DNA from: a virus
DNA length: 64,000 bases
Virus record (IMG/VR): IMGVR_UViG_3300032003_000001
Location: 1 to 64,000 of that record
Strand: one strand, 5' to 3'
In this document: positions 18,569 through 26,958 of the stretch, piece by piece
How positions within the stretch are numbered: position 1 is the first letter of the stretch
Layout of the letters: each line of letters opens with the position of its first letter
Notes under the pieces: generated by a model
Seen by the model: the letters and a program-made list of their open reading frames with translations, nothing else
Database searches by the model: none
Told to the model about the DNA's origin: nothing
Made by a program: the position numbers and the translations under genes

Positions 18569-19210
18569 GTGCCCTATACGACTCTGGTTGCGGGTACCAC
18601 GATCACCGCTAGCTGGGCAAACGCCAATGTCCGCGATCAGGTAGTCACGCCGTTCGCATCCTCGGGCGCCCGTTCCTCGGCAATCAGCTCTCCGGTCGCC
18701 GGGATGCTCTCGTACATCACCGGAACCAAGCAGCTGGAGCCCTACGACGGATCGGCGTGGGTATCGGTACCCGGCACGATGCTCGCCTACGGCAACCGGC
18801 AGACCGACAAGACCTACTCCGGCACCGAGGTCGGCGTGCTGCGCCTGGACTCGATCTCGTGTCGGTCCGGGTACCGCTACCTGATCCAGACGGGCCCGCT
18901 CAGGGTCCAGGTCACCAGCGGCGAAACCGGCAAGGTCAACCTCAGGTACTCGACCAGCGGCACCGCAGGCACAAGCGACACCGTCCTGACCGGCCAGGAC
19001 GCGAACGCGAACAGCGCCTTCACCCCCGCCAATTCGCACTCCATGAACACCACGATCGCACCGGGCACCGTGACCCTGTCCGTGCTGATGTGCCTGACGC
19101 GTTCCGGCGGCTCCAACAACGTCACCATGACGGGCGCGGCGACCCAGCCCATCGAGATGTGGGTGACCATGGGCGGCCCGGACCCGACCGACACCGGAAC
19201 AGACATCTAG
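18569..19210 (+). CDS. minor tail protein / receptor-binding candidate
   Basis: 213 aa. The N-terminal TTITASWANANVRDQVVTPFASSGARSSAISSPVAGM motif is common in actinophage minor tail (fibre) proteins. Confidence 0.55.
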   Translation: MPYTTLVAGTTITASWANANVRDQVVTPFASSGARSSAISSPVAGMLSYITGTKQLEPYDGSAWVSVPGTMLAYGNRQTDKTYSGTEVGVLRLDSISCRSGYRYLIQTGPLRVQVTSGETGKVNLRYSTSGTAGTSDTVLTGQDANANSAFTPANSHSMNTTIAPGTVTLSVLMCLTRSGGSNNVTMTGAATQPIEMWVTMGGPDPTDTGTDI

Positions 19211-19240
19211 CCCGCCGAACGGTGGTCAGGGGGTGCCCGC

Positions 19241-20761
19241 GTGGCGCTGGCGGTGGACTACGCATCCGGCCCCATCGCCCCGACAGCACTGCTCGCGGCC
19301 GGTGTCACCGACGTGTGCCGCTACCTGGCCCCGCTCGGGCGGGGCGACTGGAAACGGATCAAGGTGGGGGAGTACCGGGATCTGCTGGCCGCCGGGCTGC
19401 GGGTGACCCTGGTCTGGGAGTCGTACGCCACGGACTGGCTCGGCGGCGGCGCAGCGGGTCGGGAACACGGCGTTGAGGCGGGACGGCAGGCCACGGATCT
19501 GGGCTACCCGGCCGGTGCCACCGTCTTCGGCTCCTGTGACTTCGACCTTGCCGCTACGGAATGGCCGGCCTGCCGGGACTACGTGGCCGCGTTCGCCGCC
19601 GCCCTACATGCTGGCGGGTACCGGCCCGGTGTGTACGGGCCGTGGGATGCGCTGCAACGCTGCGCCGACGCCGGCCTGGTCGCCGTGTTCTGGCAGGCCG
19701 GCATGTCCCGGGCCTGGTCGCAGGGCCGCAACGCCCGCGACCACCCGCGCGCCCACCTGATCCAGCGCGCCCCGGCCCGGATCGGCGGCACGCCGGTGGA
19801 CCGGTCCGACATCGTCGTCCCCGCCTGGGGGCAGGCATCAACCTCGGGGGCAGTCATGACCTACGCGCCAGCCGACCTGCTCGCAGTGCGCCAGTACGTG
19901 ATGGGTCACACCGGCCTGGACGCAAGCAGCGTAGGCATCGCCGGTGACCCCGCCCACGCGAGCAGCGGGGGCTACCACGAAGGCAACGACGATCTCGCAA
20001 ACGCCGGCCGGTTGGACTCGGACTACTCGAAACGCGAGTCCCCCCGCGACCGGCCGGGCAGCAACGCGGCGAGCGCCGAGGACATCGGCGACTTCAACCG
20101 CGACGGCAAGACGCTGCGGCAGCTGAGCCTGTTCGTCGTCGCGAAATGCCAAGCCGGGGACCCGCGCTGCAACGACATCCGGGAGATCATCTACACCCCG
20201 GACGGGTCGGCGGTGCGCCGCTTCGACCGGCTCGGCATCCGCTCGACCGGCGACAGCTCACACCTCTACCACACCCATCTCTCGTTCTTCCGGGACAGCG
20301 AGGGCCGCCGCGCGGGCGACGGCAACTTCCTCGGCCTGCTCCGGGAATTCTTCGAAGGAGTCACCATGGGCAGCGAATGGCATGTTGGGGAGCCGAACGG
20401 TGCGGCCCTGACCCAGGGCGCCCCCGGGTACGCCGGGCAGCAACGCGACACCGCGCTCGCGTTCACGTGGCAGCAGGCCACCACCGCCGCAGCCATGGCG
20501 GCGGCGAACGGCGCCAAACTCGACCAGCTGCTCACCGCGGCCACCGCGGAGACCGCCCGGGACGCGGCACTCAAAACCGTGGTCGACGCCCTCGCCGCAG
20601 CCATCACCGCCGGAGGTGGGAGCGTGGACGTGGCCGCCATCCTCGCCGGCGTGGCCGACGCCGTCCACGACGCGGTCGAGCCCCTGGAAACCGAGATCGC
20701 CGACCTGCGGCACCGCCTCGCCGCCGCCGAACGCGCCGCCGCCGACTCCCTCGACTCCTGA
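19241..20761 (+). CDS. endolysin (DUF1906/Rv2525c-like glycoside-hydrolase domain plus a second His/Asp-rich domain)
   Basis: 506 aa. The N-terminal VDYASGPI...RYL...LVWESY...CDFD pattern, then SGGYHEGNDD...SSHLYHTHLSFFRD, then a helical C-terminus. Confidence 0.75.
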   Translation: MALAVDYASGPIAPTALLAAGVTDVCRYLAPLGRGDWKRIKVGEYRDLLAAGLRVTLVWESYATDWLGGGAAGREHGVEAGRQATDLGYPAGATVFGSCDFDLAATEWPACRDYVAAFAAALHAGGYRPGVYGPWDALQRCADAGLVAVFWQAGMSRAWSQGRNARDHPRAHLIQRAPARIGGTPVDRSDIVVPAWGQASTSGAVMTYAPADLLAVRQYVMGHTGLDASSVGIAGDPAHASSGGYHEGNDDLANAGRLDSDYSKRESPRDRPGSNAASAEDIGDFNRDGKTLRQLSLFVVAKCQAGDPRCNDIREIIYTPDGSAVRRFDRLGIRSTGDSSHLYHTHLSFFRDSEGRRAGDGNFLGLLREFFEGVTMGSEWHVGEPNGAALTQGAPGYAGQQRDTALAFTWQQATTAAAMAAANGAKLDQLLTAATAETARDAALKTVVDALAAAITAGGGSVDVAAILAGVADAVHDAVEPLETEIADLRHRLAAAERAAADSLDS

Positions 20762-20863
20762 CCCCCCGCAGCACGCACAACACCCCGGCCACCTAGACCC
20801 CGTGGCTGGGCATCACAAACCCGCTTCACGGTGGGGACCGGGCGGAGATGGGAGCGGCGGTGC

Positions 20864-21150
20864 GTGAAGGCAGAGCGATTCATCGGACTGATCACAGTGT
20901 TGGTCCGCGACGTCGTGCCGACACTGACCGGGTCGTTCGGAGTGGGGTGGATGCTGTACCACGATTCGGTCGACCCAACGGCGATGCTGGTCTGCGCGGC
21001 ACTGCTGGGCATTCCCGGGGCGTTTGGGGCCCGGCGGCTGGCGCAGTCGGGTGGGGAGTCTGGTACGCCCGAATCTGGGTCGGACTCAGCACCTGCCTCG
21101 TCATCGCTGCCGTCGCCATCACCGCCTTCGTCGAGCTGAGCCGGCGATGA
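20864..21150 (+). CDS. holin-like membrane protein with a reading-frame break near 21015-21062
   Basis: Frame A (20864..) encodes 2 TM segments. The high-GC3 end is in the -1 frame (..IWVGLSTCLVIAAVAITAFVELSRR, stop 21150), which makes an ATGA overlap with the next gene. Confidence 0.4.
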
Positions 21151-21410
21151 CCGTACCGATGACGCGGCGGCGACTGGGCGGGTTGGCGGCCATCGGACTC
21201 TCGCTGATCATGCTCGGTGGCGGCGGATACGCCTACACCAACTGGTCGATCAGCCAGCAGGACAAGGCCGAACGGGCCAACGACCAGCGCTGGTGCAAGC
21301 TGCTGACCACCCTGGACGAGGCGTACCGGGCCACCCCGCCGCAGTCCCCGACCGGGCAGCGGCTGGCGGCGGACATCCACAACCTGCGGGCTGAACTCGG
21401 CTGCGGCTGA
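21147..21410 (+). CDS. membrane-anchored protein (lysis cassette)
   Basis: 87 aa. N-terminal TM segment LGGLAAIGLSLIMLGGGGYAY. ATGA overlap. Confidence 0.55.
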   Translation: MTVPMTRRRLGGLAAIGLSLIMLGGGGYAYTNWSISQQDKAERANDQRWCKLLTTLDEAYRATPPQSPTGQRLAADIHNLRAELGCG

Positions 21411-21847
21411 TGCGCGGGGTCAGCATCCTCGACCACGTCCGGGCCCTGCTGGCTGAGAAGGATCTTCGAGATGAGCAGCGCTACGCCGCCCAGACCAAAG
21501 CCGTCGAGACCGCCATGTCGGCGCAGCAGACCGCGATGCGCGCGGCACTGGACGCGGCCGACAAATTCAACGCCATGATCCTCTCGGCGCAGAAGGAAGC
21601 CGTCACCAAAGCCGAGGTCGCCGCCGACAAACGGTTCGACCTGCTCAACGAGCTGCGCATGGGCGTGGCCACCCACGAGCAGATGGAAGCGCTGGAGAAG
21701 GACGTCACCAGGCTGCGCGAGGAGGTCACCGGCCTGCGCCAGCGCGCGGTCGGGGTCAGCGCGAGCTGGGCGATGATGCTCGGCCTCGGCGGCCTGGTCA
21801 TCACCATCGTCGGGGTGGCGGTTGCCATCTTCGTCGCATCCCGCTGA
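21410..21847 (+). CDS. coiled-coil protein with C-terminal TM anchor (lysis cassette)
   Basis: 145 aa. Long helical region, then WAMMLGLGGLVITIVGVAVAIFVA. Confidence 0.55.
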   Translation: MRGVSILDHVRALLAEKDLRDEQRYAAQTKAVETAMSAQQTAMRAALDAADKFNAMILSAQKEAVTKAEVAADKRFDLLNELRMGVATHEQMEALEKDVTRLREEVTGLRQRAVGVSASWAMMLGLGGLVITIVGVAVAIFVASR

Positions 21848-21860
21848 GGAGGACCCCCTC

Positions 21861-22019
21861 GTGAAGGTCATCATAGCCCTGCTCTACATCGCCGCCGTGA
21901 TCCTGCTGCTCCTCGCCGGGTTCGGGGTACCGGCGAGGGTCAGCCTGGCCCTGCTCGGCGCGGCGTGCGCCCTGCTGGCGTTCTCGCTGCCGGCCATCCA
22001 GACCGGGTTCAGCGGCTGA
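21861..22019 (+). CDS. small two-TM holin-like protein
   Basis: GTG 21861 after GAGGAGGA. 52 aa, almost entirely hydrophobic. Confidence 0.5.
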   Translation: MKVIIALLYIAAVILLLLAGFGVPARVSLALLGAACALLAFSLPAIQTGFSG

Positions 22020-22022
22020 CCC

Positions 22023-22523
22023 ATGTCCCTCCTCCGCCAGGGCGACGTCGGGTTCTCCACCATCGGCGGACACACCGGCTGGGCTGTCAACGTCGGACAG
22101 GCCATCCTGCGGGACTCCTGCCGGTTCACCCACGCCTACCTTGTGCTCGACGGCGACCGGTGCATCGAGGCCATGCCGGCCGGCGCCAGGATCGTCCCGA
22201 TGGGCGAGCGCCGCGGCCCGGGCTACGCCTACGCCCGGCTGGACCTCTCCGACGCCCAGCGGGCCCTGGCCGGCAAGGTCGCCGCCGAGTTGGACGGCAC
22301 GCCGTACTCCTTCGCCGACTACCTCGCGCTCGCGGCCGTCCAGGTGCACATCTCGACGCCACGGCTGCGCCGGTACGTGACGTCGTCGGAGCGGATGATC
22401 TGCTCACAGCTCGTCGATCACATCCTCTGCCTGGTCGGGTACCACGTCTTCGATGACGGTCGGCTACCGCAGGACGTCACCCCGGGAGACCTGTTCTACG
22501 CGACGGACCCCCGGGTCGAGTAA
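22023..22523 (+). CDS. permuted papain-like (YiiX/C92-type) hydrolase
   Basis: 166 aa. FTHAYLVLDGDRCIEAMPAGARIV and RMICSQLVDHI match the His-then-Cys order of permuted NlpC/P60-like enzymes. Confidence 0.5.
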   Translation: MSLLRQGDVGFSTIGGHTGWAVNVGQAILRDSCRFTHAYLVLDGDRCIEAMPAGARIVPMGERRGPGYAYARLDLSDAQRALAGKVAAELDGTPYSFADYLALAAVQVHISTPRLRRYVTSSERMICSQLVDHILCLVGYHVFDDGRLPQDVTPGDLFYATDPRVE

Positions 22524-22534
22524 GGGAGTTGACC

Positions 22535-22735
22535 ATGCTCGACAGGCTCAAGAAGTGGCGGCACTACCGCAAGTTCACCGCCGCCCTGGCCGCAGCCGGC
22601 GCGGCCGCGCTGTACGGCTGGTGGCCCGACCACCACCTCGACGCGGACGAGGTGACCTACATCGTCACCGCCGCGATCGGGGCGATCGGGGTCGTGGTCC
22701 TTCCGAACAAGCCACAGCGGCCACCGGCCGCCTAG
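22535..22735 (+). CDS. small membrane protein
   Basis: 66 aa. Two hydrophobic stretches. TTG 22529 is an alternative start. Confidence 0.45.
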   Translation: MLDRLKKWRHYRKFTAALAAAGAAALYGWWPDHHLDADEVTYIVTAAIGAIGVVVLPNKPQRPPAA

Positions 22736-22764
22736 CAATCTGCCCGCTCACCTCCCCGCACAGT

Positions 22765-22801
22765 GGCCCGCTCGCGCCTTCCTCCGGGGCGCGGGCGGGC
22801 C
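22765..22801. terminator. bidirectional hairpin between convergent genes
   Basis: GGCCCGCTCGCGCC (22765-22778) pairs with GGCGCGGGCGGGCC (22788-22801). Confidence 0.5.
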
Positions 22802-22828
22802 GCTTCTCTGCGCGTGCTTCTGCGTGCG

Positions 22829-23347
22829 TCAGGCGACCGCGTGCGCGCCGTGTTGGGTCACGGGCACGCCGGCCGGCACGATCAGACGTAGGGCCTCTGC
22901 GTGCAGCCGGCGCACCACCGACTCGGGCACCTGCCGCCCGCCAGCGGCCACCCGTGCGGCGATCCGCTCCAGGCACGTCTCCACCGGCACGTCGCGGAAG
23001 TCCCACACGGCCGGCCGGGCGCCGACCTGCTCGGCCAGCCCGACCCAGCCGGCCAGCACGCCGGGGCGGATGTTGGTGTCGTCGATGGCAACGTCGGCGC
23101 CGTCGACGAGCAGGGCGGCGACCGCCGCGCGTTGGGCGATCGTGACCCGGTTCTCCGTGTCGCGGTCGCCGTCCGCACCCAGGTAGACAGTGTCCGCGCT
23201 GTGCAGCATGGCCCGCAGGTCGTCGCGGTTGACCCGGACCCGGGGGCGGGCGTGGGGGCCGCGGGGGCCGGTGAGCTGCCACTGCCGGGCGGCGGTGCTC
23301 TTGCCGCAGCCGGGAGCGCCGAGGGTCAGGAGCAGGATGGGGCTCAC
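22829..23347 (-). CDS. polynucleotide 5'-kinase-like P-loop kinase (T4 Pnk kinase-domain type, no phosphatase domain)
   Basis: 172 aa from GTG 23347. GAPGCGKST, VNRDDLRAM and IDDTN..RPG...FDV-like layout parallels the T4 Pnk N-terminal domain. Confidence 0.65.
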   Translation of the reverse strand: MSPILLLTLGAPGCGKSTAARQWQLTGPRGPHARPRVRVNRDDLRAMLHSADTVYLGADGDRDTENRVTIAQRAAVAALLVDGADVAIDDTNIRPGVLAGWVGLAEQVGARPAVWDFRDVPVETCLERIAARVAAGGRQVPESVVRRLHAEALRLIVPAGVPVTQHGAHAVA

Positions 23348-23568
23348 GGCAGGCGCCACAGCCGGCGGTGCTCCTGCCGTTCCCAGCGGGGCAGCTCGGC
23401 GTCTACGTAGGCGTGCCACGCGCGCATCTTCGAGAGACCTCCGACGCGAAGTCCGTGCTGCGGTCCGGGGACGTTGCGGTAGGCGCCATTGCGGGGGACC
23501 ACAATGCCGTACCGGTTCAGGTGGCGTTCCCACCGCAACCACACCCGCCGCGCTTTCGACCGGTTCAT
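23344..23568 (-). CDS. basic Trp/Arg-rich hypothetical protein
   Basis: 74-aa track ORF. GTGA overlap with the kinase start. Confidence 0.5.
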   Translation of the reverse strand: MNRSKARRVWLRWERHLNRYGIVVPRNGAYRNVPGPQHGLRVGGLSKMRAWHAYVDAELPRWERQEHRRLWRLP

Positions 23569-23572
23569 CTGG

Positions 23573-24109
23573 CTACTCCTGTCCGGTGAGACGGTGGGCC
23601 TGCGGGCCCTGGCCGGCGATGCCGGCGGCGACGAGGCGGCGGATCATCTCGGCGCGGGACACGCCCTCGGCCTGGGCGCGGCGGTCGACCTCGGCCTGGA
23701 CGTCGGGTGCCAGGCGCATGGGGAACGGGTCGTCGAACTGCTTCGGTCGGCCGATCACGGCCGGGCCGGATTCCTCCTCCAGCTGGCCGAACCACTTCGT
23801 GATCAGGTCGTCGCTGTTGTTGCGGATCAGCCACTCCCGTGCCCGCTCCTCGGTGATGCCCTCGTAGGTGTCCTGGCTGCCCTGCCGGTTCGAGTACCGG
23901 TTGAGGATCCACCGGCCCTTGGCGGTGCGGTACAGGCTCTCGTGGTCCCACTGGCTGCCGGTGTGGACCGAGATGTGGTTGTGGCCGTTCCAGTCGGTGT
24001 CTTCGTTGACGTGCTCGGCCTTGGCGTCGTCGAACCAGCCGTCGAGGGTGGGGGCCTCGCGGTACGGGTCGTCGCGGTCGCCGTAGTTGTAGACGTTGAT
24101 GCGGGCCAT
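23573..24109 (-). CDS. protein with C-terminal ribbon-helix-helix (CopG/Arc-like) domain
   Basis: ATG 24109 is 6 nt after GGAGGA. 178 aa. C-terminal ...VDRRAQAEGVSRAEMIRRLVAAG. Confidence 0.55.
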   Translation of the reverse strand: MARINVYNYGDRDDPYREAPTLDGWFDDAKAEHVNEDTDWNGHNHISVHTGSQWDHESLYRTAKGRWILNRYSNRQGSQDTYEGITEERAREWLIRNNSDDLITKWFGQLEEESGPAVIGRPKQFDDPFPMRLAPDVQAEVDRRAQAEGVSRAEMIRRLVAAGIAGQGPQAHRLTGQE

Positions 24110-24130
24110 GGTGTCCTCCGAGCAGTCTGC

Positions 24131-24167
24131 GTTTCCGATACCGGTAAGTCTAAGCGACATCGGAAAC
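24131..24167 (-). promoter_or_regulatory. 9-bp inverted repeat overlapping the candidate promoter of the RHH operon
   Basis: GTTTCCGAT (24131-24139) and ATCGGAAAC (24159-24167). The minus strand reads TTGCAA-N17-TAGACT across it. Confidence 0.5.
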
Positions 24168-24270
24168 GATTGCAATACCTAAAACGTTGACCATGGCGCG
24201 AACGCGGTCCGGCCCCGGTCTCCTCAGGGAGATCCGGGGCCGGCTTTGTGCTGTCCAGGGAGGACGGGAT

Positions 24271-24456
24271 TCAGGCGTTCAGCTCTGCGGCGTCGCCGGC
24301 CCAGGCCCACGCGGCGATCGGCAGGTCCCAGATGCTGCGCGGTCCGGGCCGGGTGATCAGCCGCTCGCGGGCGGCGGCGAGGTCGGCCTGGCGCTCGGCG
24401 ATCTCCTGGTCGGTGACCTCGTACTGGTTGCCGCAGGGGTCGGTCTCGATGATCAC
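24271..24456 (-). CDS. hypothetical protein
   Basis: 61-aa track ORF. GTG start with GGAG 8 nt upstream. Confidence 0.5.
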   Translation of the reverse strand: MIIETDPCGNQYEVTDQEIAERQADLAAARERLITRPGPRSIWDLPIAAWAWAGDAAELNA

Positions 24457-24544
24457 GGCTCACTCCTATCAAGATCCGAAAGGGGGTTTGTTCAGTGATC
24501 TTCCTTACTTGGTGGGGGCCCCGGAGGGCCCCCGTGCCCTCCGC

Positions 24545-24706
24545 CTACTTCGCTACCGTCCAGCCCGCCGCCAGCCGCTCGTCCACCCGGCTGGCCGGGA
24601 CCTTGGCGGTCCGCCCGGTGGTGGGGCTGGTCATCGCGATCGTGGTGTGGATGCGCTCGACGTTGTTCAGGAGTTCGATCGTCTCGGTGTAGGTCCGCTC
24701 GTCCAT
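24545..24706 (-). CDS. hypothetical 53-aa protein (below the ORF-track cutoff)
   Basis: Hand-translated: MDERTYTETIELLNNVERIHTTIAMTSPTTGRTAKVPASRVDERLAAGWTVAK. GGGAGGA SD and high GC3. Confidence 0.5.
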   Translation of the reverse strand: MDERTYTETIELLNNVERIHTTIAMTSPTTGRTAKVPASRVDERLAAGWTVAK

Positions 24707-24748
24707 CTCTCTGTCCTCCCTGGTGTGTTTCCCTTGTGCCTTTAACTA

Positions 24749-24764
24749 TACGGCACATGCCGTA
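24749..24764. promoter_or_regulatory. operator-like palindrome copy 1 (TACGGCAcaTGCCGTA)
   Basis: Lies in the 18-nt spacer of the minus-strand TTGCCA...TATAGT promoter (24745-24774). Confidence 0.6.
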
Positions 24765-24792
24765 ATGTTGGCAAGGGAGGACCGAGGAAACT

Positions 24793-25197
24793 TTACGGCA
24801 ATTCTTTGCCCAGGTCATCGCGGTGCACGATGATCTCCTGGCCCGGATCGGTCGGGTCCGGGACGCGGATCACGTCCGCCTCGTCGACGAGCTGCCCGCC
24901 GTCGAGCAACTCACGGATTCGCCGCGCGGCCAGGGCATCGGGCCCACCGGCCTGCACCTCGGCGTGGGCCTCCATGTCGCCGTCCATGGCGGCGGTGATC
25001 CCGGCGCGGATGCTGGCCTCTGCCTCGCCCGGGTAGTAGCCGCGGGACGCCCAGGCGGCGGCCTCGACCGCGGTCAGCTCGATCCCCTGCTCGCGCAGCG
25101 CCCAGGCCAGGCGCATCCAGTCGCCGGCGAGCGCGTAGGTGTTGAGCTGGGTGGCCCGCTCGCGGAAGGCGTTGATCCACGCGATCTTCTCGCTCAT
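24793..25197 (-). CDS. hypothetical protein (candidate switch component)
   Basis: 134 aa from ATG 25197, the tail of track ORF 24793..25974. The start is 7 nt from a TATGGT -10, so the transcript is near leaderless. Confidence 0.55.
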   Translation of the reverse strand: MSEKIAWINAFRERATQLNTYALAGDWMRLAWALREQGIELTAVEAAAWASRGYYPGEAEASIRAGITAAMDGDMEAHAEVQAGGPDALAARRIRELLDGGQLVDEADVIRVPDPTDPGQEIIVHRDDLGKELP

Positions 25198-25208
25198 GCC
25201 CTCAACCA

Positions 25209-25224
25209 TACGGCACGTGCCGTA
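25209..25224. promoter_or_regulatory. operator-like palindrome copy 2 (TACGGCACGTGCCGTA, perfect)
   Basis: Lies in the spacer of the minus-strand TTGTAT-N16-TATGGT promoter. Confidence 0.6.
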
Positions 25225-25254
25225 AAATACAAGGCGGCACCCCCCTTGACCTTT

Positions 25255-25270
25255 TACGGCACATGCCGTA
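25255..25270. promoter_or_regulatory. operator-like palindrome copy 3 (TACGGCAcaTGCCGTA)
   Basis: Lies in the spacer of the plus-strand TTGACC (25246-25251)-N17-TAACGT (25269-25274) promoter. Confidence 0.6.
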
Positions 25271-25314
25271 ACGTTGTGGATGTCAGGGAGAGCGGACACA
25301 CCAGGGAGCCAGCG

Positions 25315-25596
25315 ATGACCACCACCTACCAGCCCGGCGACGAGATCAAGGTCGGCGAGGTCACCATCACCCTTGCCCGCCGCGGATCGTTCCGCAACGC
25401 CGCCGCCCAGCGCTGGAGCTGGTACATCGCCGGCACCGACTACTACAGCGAGTGCGGCACGCCCACCGCGGACGAGGCTGTCGACGACGCCTACCGCACC
25501 CTCAACGGCCCCCGCTGCTCCTGCGGCGAGCCGGCCACCATGACCGCCGCCACCAAGCCCAGCTGCCCCCGCTGCTACGACCGCCACGCCGACTGA
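25315..25596 (+). CDS. Cys-rich small protein
   Basis: 93 aa from ATG 25315. C-terminal CSCG...CPRC zinc-ribbon-like motif. Confidence 0.5.
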   Translation: MTTTYQPGDEIKVGEVTITLARRGSFRNAAAQRWSWYIAGTDYYSECGTPTADEAVDDAYRTLNGPRCSCGEPATMTAATKPSCPRCYDRHAD

Positions 25597-25610
25597 GGAG
25601 CCCGCCGACA

Positions 25611-26276
25611 ATGACCGAACCGACCAAGCTGTACAGCGCCGAGGCCGCCGCCCACGTGGGGGTGGCTCGGTCCACCTGGGCCGACTACTACAGCGACGGC
25701 CGCACACCCGGCGCCGTGGAGATCGGCCCGTCCCAGCGCGAGGGCCACCCCCGCCGCGCCGACGGCGTGGACATGGACCGCGGCGCCGCCCGCCCCTACT
25801 GGTACCCGGCCACCCTCGACGCGTGGGAGCGCCCCGGCCGCGGCGCCGGCGGCGGCCGTAAGCCGGCGGTCGTGGTCCCGCCGACCATCCGGGAGGTCCT
25901 GGCCACCATCCGCGCCTGCACCGCCCACGACCCGCAGGCGCCGGTACGCCCCATCCCCGGAGAGCACCCGGCAACCACCCCGATCGTCCGCGCCGAACTC
26001 GCCGCAGACGTCGCGCCGTTCGCCGACCTGCAAGCCGCCCTGGACGAGTACTTCGGCCCGGAACTGGACGAGGCGCTGTCCGGACCGGAGGCCGACACCG
26101 CCGAGGCCGAGATGCGGCGGATCATCGCCGAACACGTCACCGGCGCCCAGGCCCGACTGGCCGCACCACCGCCCAAGCTGTCCTGGTCGTCGCGGGACTC
26201 GCTGTCCCGGGTCGCCCGCACCGCGATCATCCGGGCCGGCGATCTCCGCTTCACGGAGGCCCTCGGCGAAAGGTAA
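25611..26276 (+). CDS. DNA-binding protein with N-terminal MerR/excisionase-like HTH
   Basis: 221 aa from ATG 25611. LYSAEAAAHVGVARSTWADYY. Confidence 0.55.
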   Translation: MTEPTKLYSAEAAAHVGVARSTWADYYSDGRTPGAVEIGPSQREGHPRRADGVDMDRGAARPYWYPATLDAWERPGRGAGGGRKPAVVVPPTIREVLATIRACTAHDPQAPVRPIPGEHPATTPIVRAELAADVAPFADLQAALDEYFGPELDEALSGPEADTAEAEMRRIIAEHVTGAQARLAAPPPKLSWSSRDSLSRVARTAIIRAGDLRFTEALGER

Positions 26277-26329
26277 GGAAGATCCACGAACAAACCCCCT
26301 ACCGGGCTCGGTGCACCCCGCGCCGGGTC

Positions 26330-26725
26330 CTACCGGTTACAGGGATGATGGCTGTCCCCACCACCGACCAAGATCCGGGTCAAGAGCGCGGCGAGAAGGA
26401 GCAGGGCGACCGCCCCACCGAGGATGACGGCCACGTGCCCGGCCGCCCAGATGAACAGCTCCACAACCCCCCAGGCCACCGCGCCGGCAGCTCCGAGTCC
26501 AGCCCCGACGGAGGCCCCGACAACGGCCGCGCGTCGTGTGGTGGTCTGTCGTGGTCCTGTCGTGGTTGGTTGCGCCGGGCGACGAACCACGACATCCCGC
26601 AGGACCACCCGGACCACGTCGCCGCGGCGTTCGGCGGACACCAGCTGGCCCCGCTCCTCGGCGAGCCGTAGAGCTGTGCGGGTGGCCTCAGTGACCGGCC
26701 AGACGCGGACGACGAGTTCGTTCAC
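26330..26725 (-). CDS. membrane protein (Spd-like position)
   Basis: 131 aa. C-terminal half has 2-3 TM segments. GTGA overlap with the upstream gene. Confidence 0.5.
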   Translation of the reverse strand: MNELVVRVWPVTEATRTALRLAEERGQLVSAERRGDVVRVVLRDVVVRRPAQPTTTGPRQTTTRRAAVVGASVGAGLGAAGAVAWGVVELFIWAAGHVAVILGGAVALLLLAALLTRILVGGGDSHHPCNR

Positions 26726-26958
26726 CGCGACCGCCCGATCCAGTACAGGACGGTGAGCAGCGCGACCACGCCGAGGATCGGGGCCAGGGCGGCACCGACG
26801 AGGGCACCCAGCTCGCGCCAGAACGTGCGGCGGGCTCCGTGGTGGGCCTTGCGCAGGCCCACCCAGTCGGAGCGGGCCCGGACGGTGCGCTGGTAGCTGG
26901 CGCCGAGGCTGCCGATGAGGACGCCGCCGATCAGGACTCCGATCATGAAGGTGTTCAC
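26722..26958 (-). CDS. small two-TM membrane protein
   Basis: 78 aa from GTG 26958. GTGA overlaps on both sides. Confidence 0.5.
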   Translation of the reverse strand: MNTFMIGVLIGGVLIGSLGASYQRTVRARSDWVGLRKAHHGARRTFWRELGALVGAALAPILGVVALLTVLYWIGRSR

